Under the pieces are notes generated by a model, which saw nothing but the letters and a program-made list of their open reading frames with translations, was not told the DNA's origin and did not search any database. From Cyanobacteria bacterium P01_D01_bin.156 (GTDB taxonomy: Bacteria > Cyanobacteriota > Cyanobacteriia > Phormidesmidales > Phormidesmidaceae), in assembly GCA_039024555.1 (NCBI GenBank), contig JBCCQQ010000004.1:125419-189418 (forward strand): a stretch of DNA of 64,000 nucleotides. The letters are read 5' to 3'. Positions 62,120-64,000 of this stretch are shown one piece after another. Each line of letters starts with the position of its first letter. Positions within the stretch are counted from its first letter, which is position 1. Made by a program: the position numbers and the translations under genes.

Positions 62120-62644
62120 ATGTTGCGTAAAGTTTCCATAGCCATTGGTGCTCTTCTACTTGTCGGACTACTAGCGGTAGGCGGCTGCCAGCTTACTCAG
62201 TCAAAAGCTTCTCAGCCTAGTGATAATGCTAAATGGGAGCAAATTGAACAGCAGGCTCCCGCCGTTGACGTGGACAAAAAGGTTGTCATTAACGGGGGTG
62301 AATTTAATAAGTTTTTTCCAAGTGCTGATGGATACGAGCGTGTCTATACCCAAGAAAAAGATGGGTTCGCTGAAGCTAAACTCAAGCAAGATGGCAATAC
62401 CCTGGCCATGCTATCGGTATCTGATACCGCTTCTAATCCCAGCGCCACTACTAAGTATCAGAATAGTGAGCGTTCTCTAGCAGGATATCCCCTAGTAAAT
62501 GTTGGTAGCACCGCCACCAGTTTATTAGTTGCTGATCGCCTACAGGTCAAAGTCCTCTCTCGGGATGACACCTTTACAACAGCTGACCGTGAAACTTGGC
62601 TAGAAAAGTTTGATTTGGTAGGTCTAGAAAAACTTGTCAACTAA
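62120..62644 (+). CDS. Putative lipoprotein of unknown function
   Basis: MLRK + hydrophobic stretch + LAVGGC lipobox; FNKFFP, RVYTQEKDGFAEAKL. Confidence 0.8.
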   Translation: MLRKVSIAIGALLLVGLLAVGGCQLTQSKASQPSDNAKWEQIEQQAPAVDVDKKVVINGGEFNKFFPSADGYERVYTQEKDGFAEAKLKQDGNTLAMLSVSDTASNPSATTKYQNSERSLAGYPLVNVGSTATSLLVADRLQVKVLSRDDTFTTADRETWLEKFDLVGLEKLVN

Positions 62645-62672
62645 TCTTCTAGGTGTTAGCGAGGACATTACC

Positions 62673-63560
62673 ATGAGCAAGTCTATTTATGAGCTAGCTA
62701 ACGAGCTACCGCAAAAAAACCTAACTGTTTTTGCCCTGCGGTCCCTCGATAAGATACTACCTGGAGAATGGAACAACATTGTAGGTTTTGAAAACACCAT
62801 TCGTCAGGTTACGGGAGAAAGTGATACAGCCTTAATTGAACAAATTGGGACTCGAGCCATTCAGCTTTACAACGATCAATCTGAAGGCTATCAACAGGCC
62901 ATATGGCTTTATCAAACCATTGATTCCACAGGGCGAGCGCTGGGACAGGCTGCTCTAGCCAGTAAGGTCACTGAAAATGTTCCATTCCTGTCCATTGTAA
63001 ATCGTCTAACACCTAAGCCAGAAAAGGCGCAGACGATTGATTTATGCATGAAGCTAGTGACAGAAATTGTTGCCTTTTGCAAAATCAATGGCATTCCAGG
63101 GGACAGTGTAGGTGACTTTGTTAAAGCGCTTGGAGACTATGGCGGAGAATCTCTGATTCGGATGGCAGCCTTAGTCTGTTTTGATGGATTGGTTCCTCTC
63201 GGCCCTAACTTTATCAAGCAAACAGAGACTGTGCTGGGTAATTTAACCCCTAAGGATTTGGATAGTAATCCAGCCTTTAAGGCCATCAAAGAGGCGGTCC
63301 CAGGCGGTACAACCGTCGATCAGCTTACCTTTATAGGCGCAAGTTTTGAATCGGTTAAGGGGTGGATGGGTAACTTTGTTGAATCTAAGGGGATTACGCC
63401 TCAAAATGTCGTAGCAAATCTCAAAACCTTTGTGGATGTGGCCGACGACAAAATGGATTACTTTGGTGCTTTTCTAGATATTTCCACCAATTACTATGAG
63501 CATACAGGTGTCCAAACTCTGACCCGTCGATTAGTTGAACGAGCCGTTGCTGAGATATAG
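62673..63560 (+). CDS. Conserved alpha-helical hypothetical protein
   Basis: GAGGA RBS before ATG 62673; 295 aa; NGIPGDSVGDF, RMAALVCFDGLVPLGP, NYYEHTGVQT. Confidence 0.85.
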   Translation: MSKSIYELANELPQKNLTVFALRSLDKILPGEWNNIVGFENTIRQVTGESDTALIEQIGTRAIQLYNDQSEGYQQAIWLYQTIDSTGRALGQAALASKVTENVPFLSIVNRLTPKPEKAQTIDLCMKLVTEIVAFCKINGIPGDSVGDFVKALGDYGGESLIRMAALVCFDGLVPLGPNFIKQTETVLGNLTPKDLDSNPAFKAIKEAVPGGTTVDQLTFIGASFESVKGWMGNFVESKGITPQNVVANLKTFVDVADDKMDYFGAFLDISTNYYEHTGVQTLTRRLVERAVAEI

Positions 63561-63583
63561 CAACCAGCCATTCTGTTAAAGCT

Positions 63584-63624
63584 AAAAAATTAGCAGCCAT
63601 GAGAGTCATGGCTGCTAATTTTTT
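63584..63624. terminator. Intrinsic terminator after the 62120-63560 gene pair
   Basis: AAAAAATTAGCAGCCATGA-GAG-TCATGGCTGCTAATTTTTT perfect stem. Confidence 0.85.
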
Positions 63625-63683
63625 GCTGCTGAACACGTAGCAACCTGACATAATCATCTTGGTTCAATTGAGCAAAATTTCCT

Positions 63684-63878
63684 ATGGCTATTGTTAAAAA
63701 CGTATTGGGTGAAAATTTACAGACCTGCTGCACCAATCCTATGACGGGGTTTTACCGGGATGGAACCTGCAATACAGGTCCCAATGATATGGGGTCCCAT
63801 GTGGTCTGTGCTGAAATGACCGAAGAGTTTTTGACCTACACGAAAGCCCAAGGTAATGATCTAACTAGGGTTTGCTGA
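63684..63878 (+). pseudogene. DUF2237 family gene, truncated by an insertion
   Basis: KNVLGENLQTCCTNPMTGFYRDGTC...HVVCA...GNDL then diverges (TRVC*), lacking the usual FPGL..GDRWCLC C-terminal half. Confidence 0.8.
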
Positions 63879-64000
63879 AAAACTGAATAGAAATCTCAGG
63901 GGTTATCCCATCGCCCAGACAGGGTCAGTAGTCCCTTTCCTAGAGGCAAGGATTTTCAGCCAGTCCTTGCATAGCGTTTCTGTAAAGGGACACATATTCG
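63868..64000. mobile_element. Left end of an IS/MITE-like insertion
   Basis: Begins TA|GGGTTTGCTGAAAAA exactly where DUF2237 similarity stops; terminus resembles GGGCTTGTTAAAAA of the 97-bp MITE. Confidence 0.65.

Overview
Chromosomal region of a filamentous-type cyanobacterium (abundant HIP1 GCGATCGC; ycf33-rbfA-GH3, pyrH-frr, ispG-ctp, ycf34/CCA, pxcA; a Leptolyngbya-like lineage is my inference). It is mostly housekeeping and conserved cyanobacterial genes. I found no rRNA, tRNA, CRISPR array, transposase, integrase or recognisable multi-gene defence or biosynthetic cluster. The non-routine signal is: (i) solitary degenerate paralogs of enzymes that normally sit in operons (a PhnL-like ABC ATPase with all catalytic motifs lost, a GvpN-like AAA+ ATPase with an internal deletion, a GumC/Wzc-like coiled-coil fragment); (ii) an RHH-like/TM/M23 peptidase fusion; (iii) a small AT-rich islet with an RHH gene behind five phased repeats; (iv) an uncharacterised lipoprotein + helical protein pair; (v) two copies of a 97-bp MITE with TAA target duplications, plus a related element that interrupts a DUF2237 gene at the right edge; (vi) clear regulatory sites (a canonical NtcA promoter for a stand-alone Hpt gene, a perfect RpaB/HLR1 site, a perfect 30-bp palindrome upstream of lysC). 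All family assignments come from motif recognition by eye, not from database searches.
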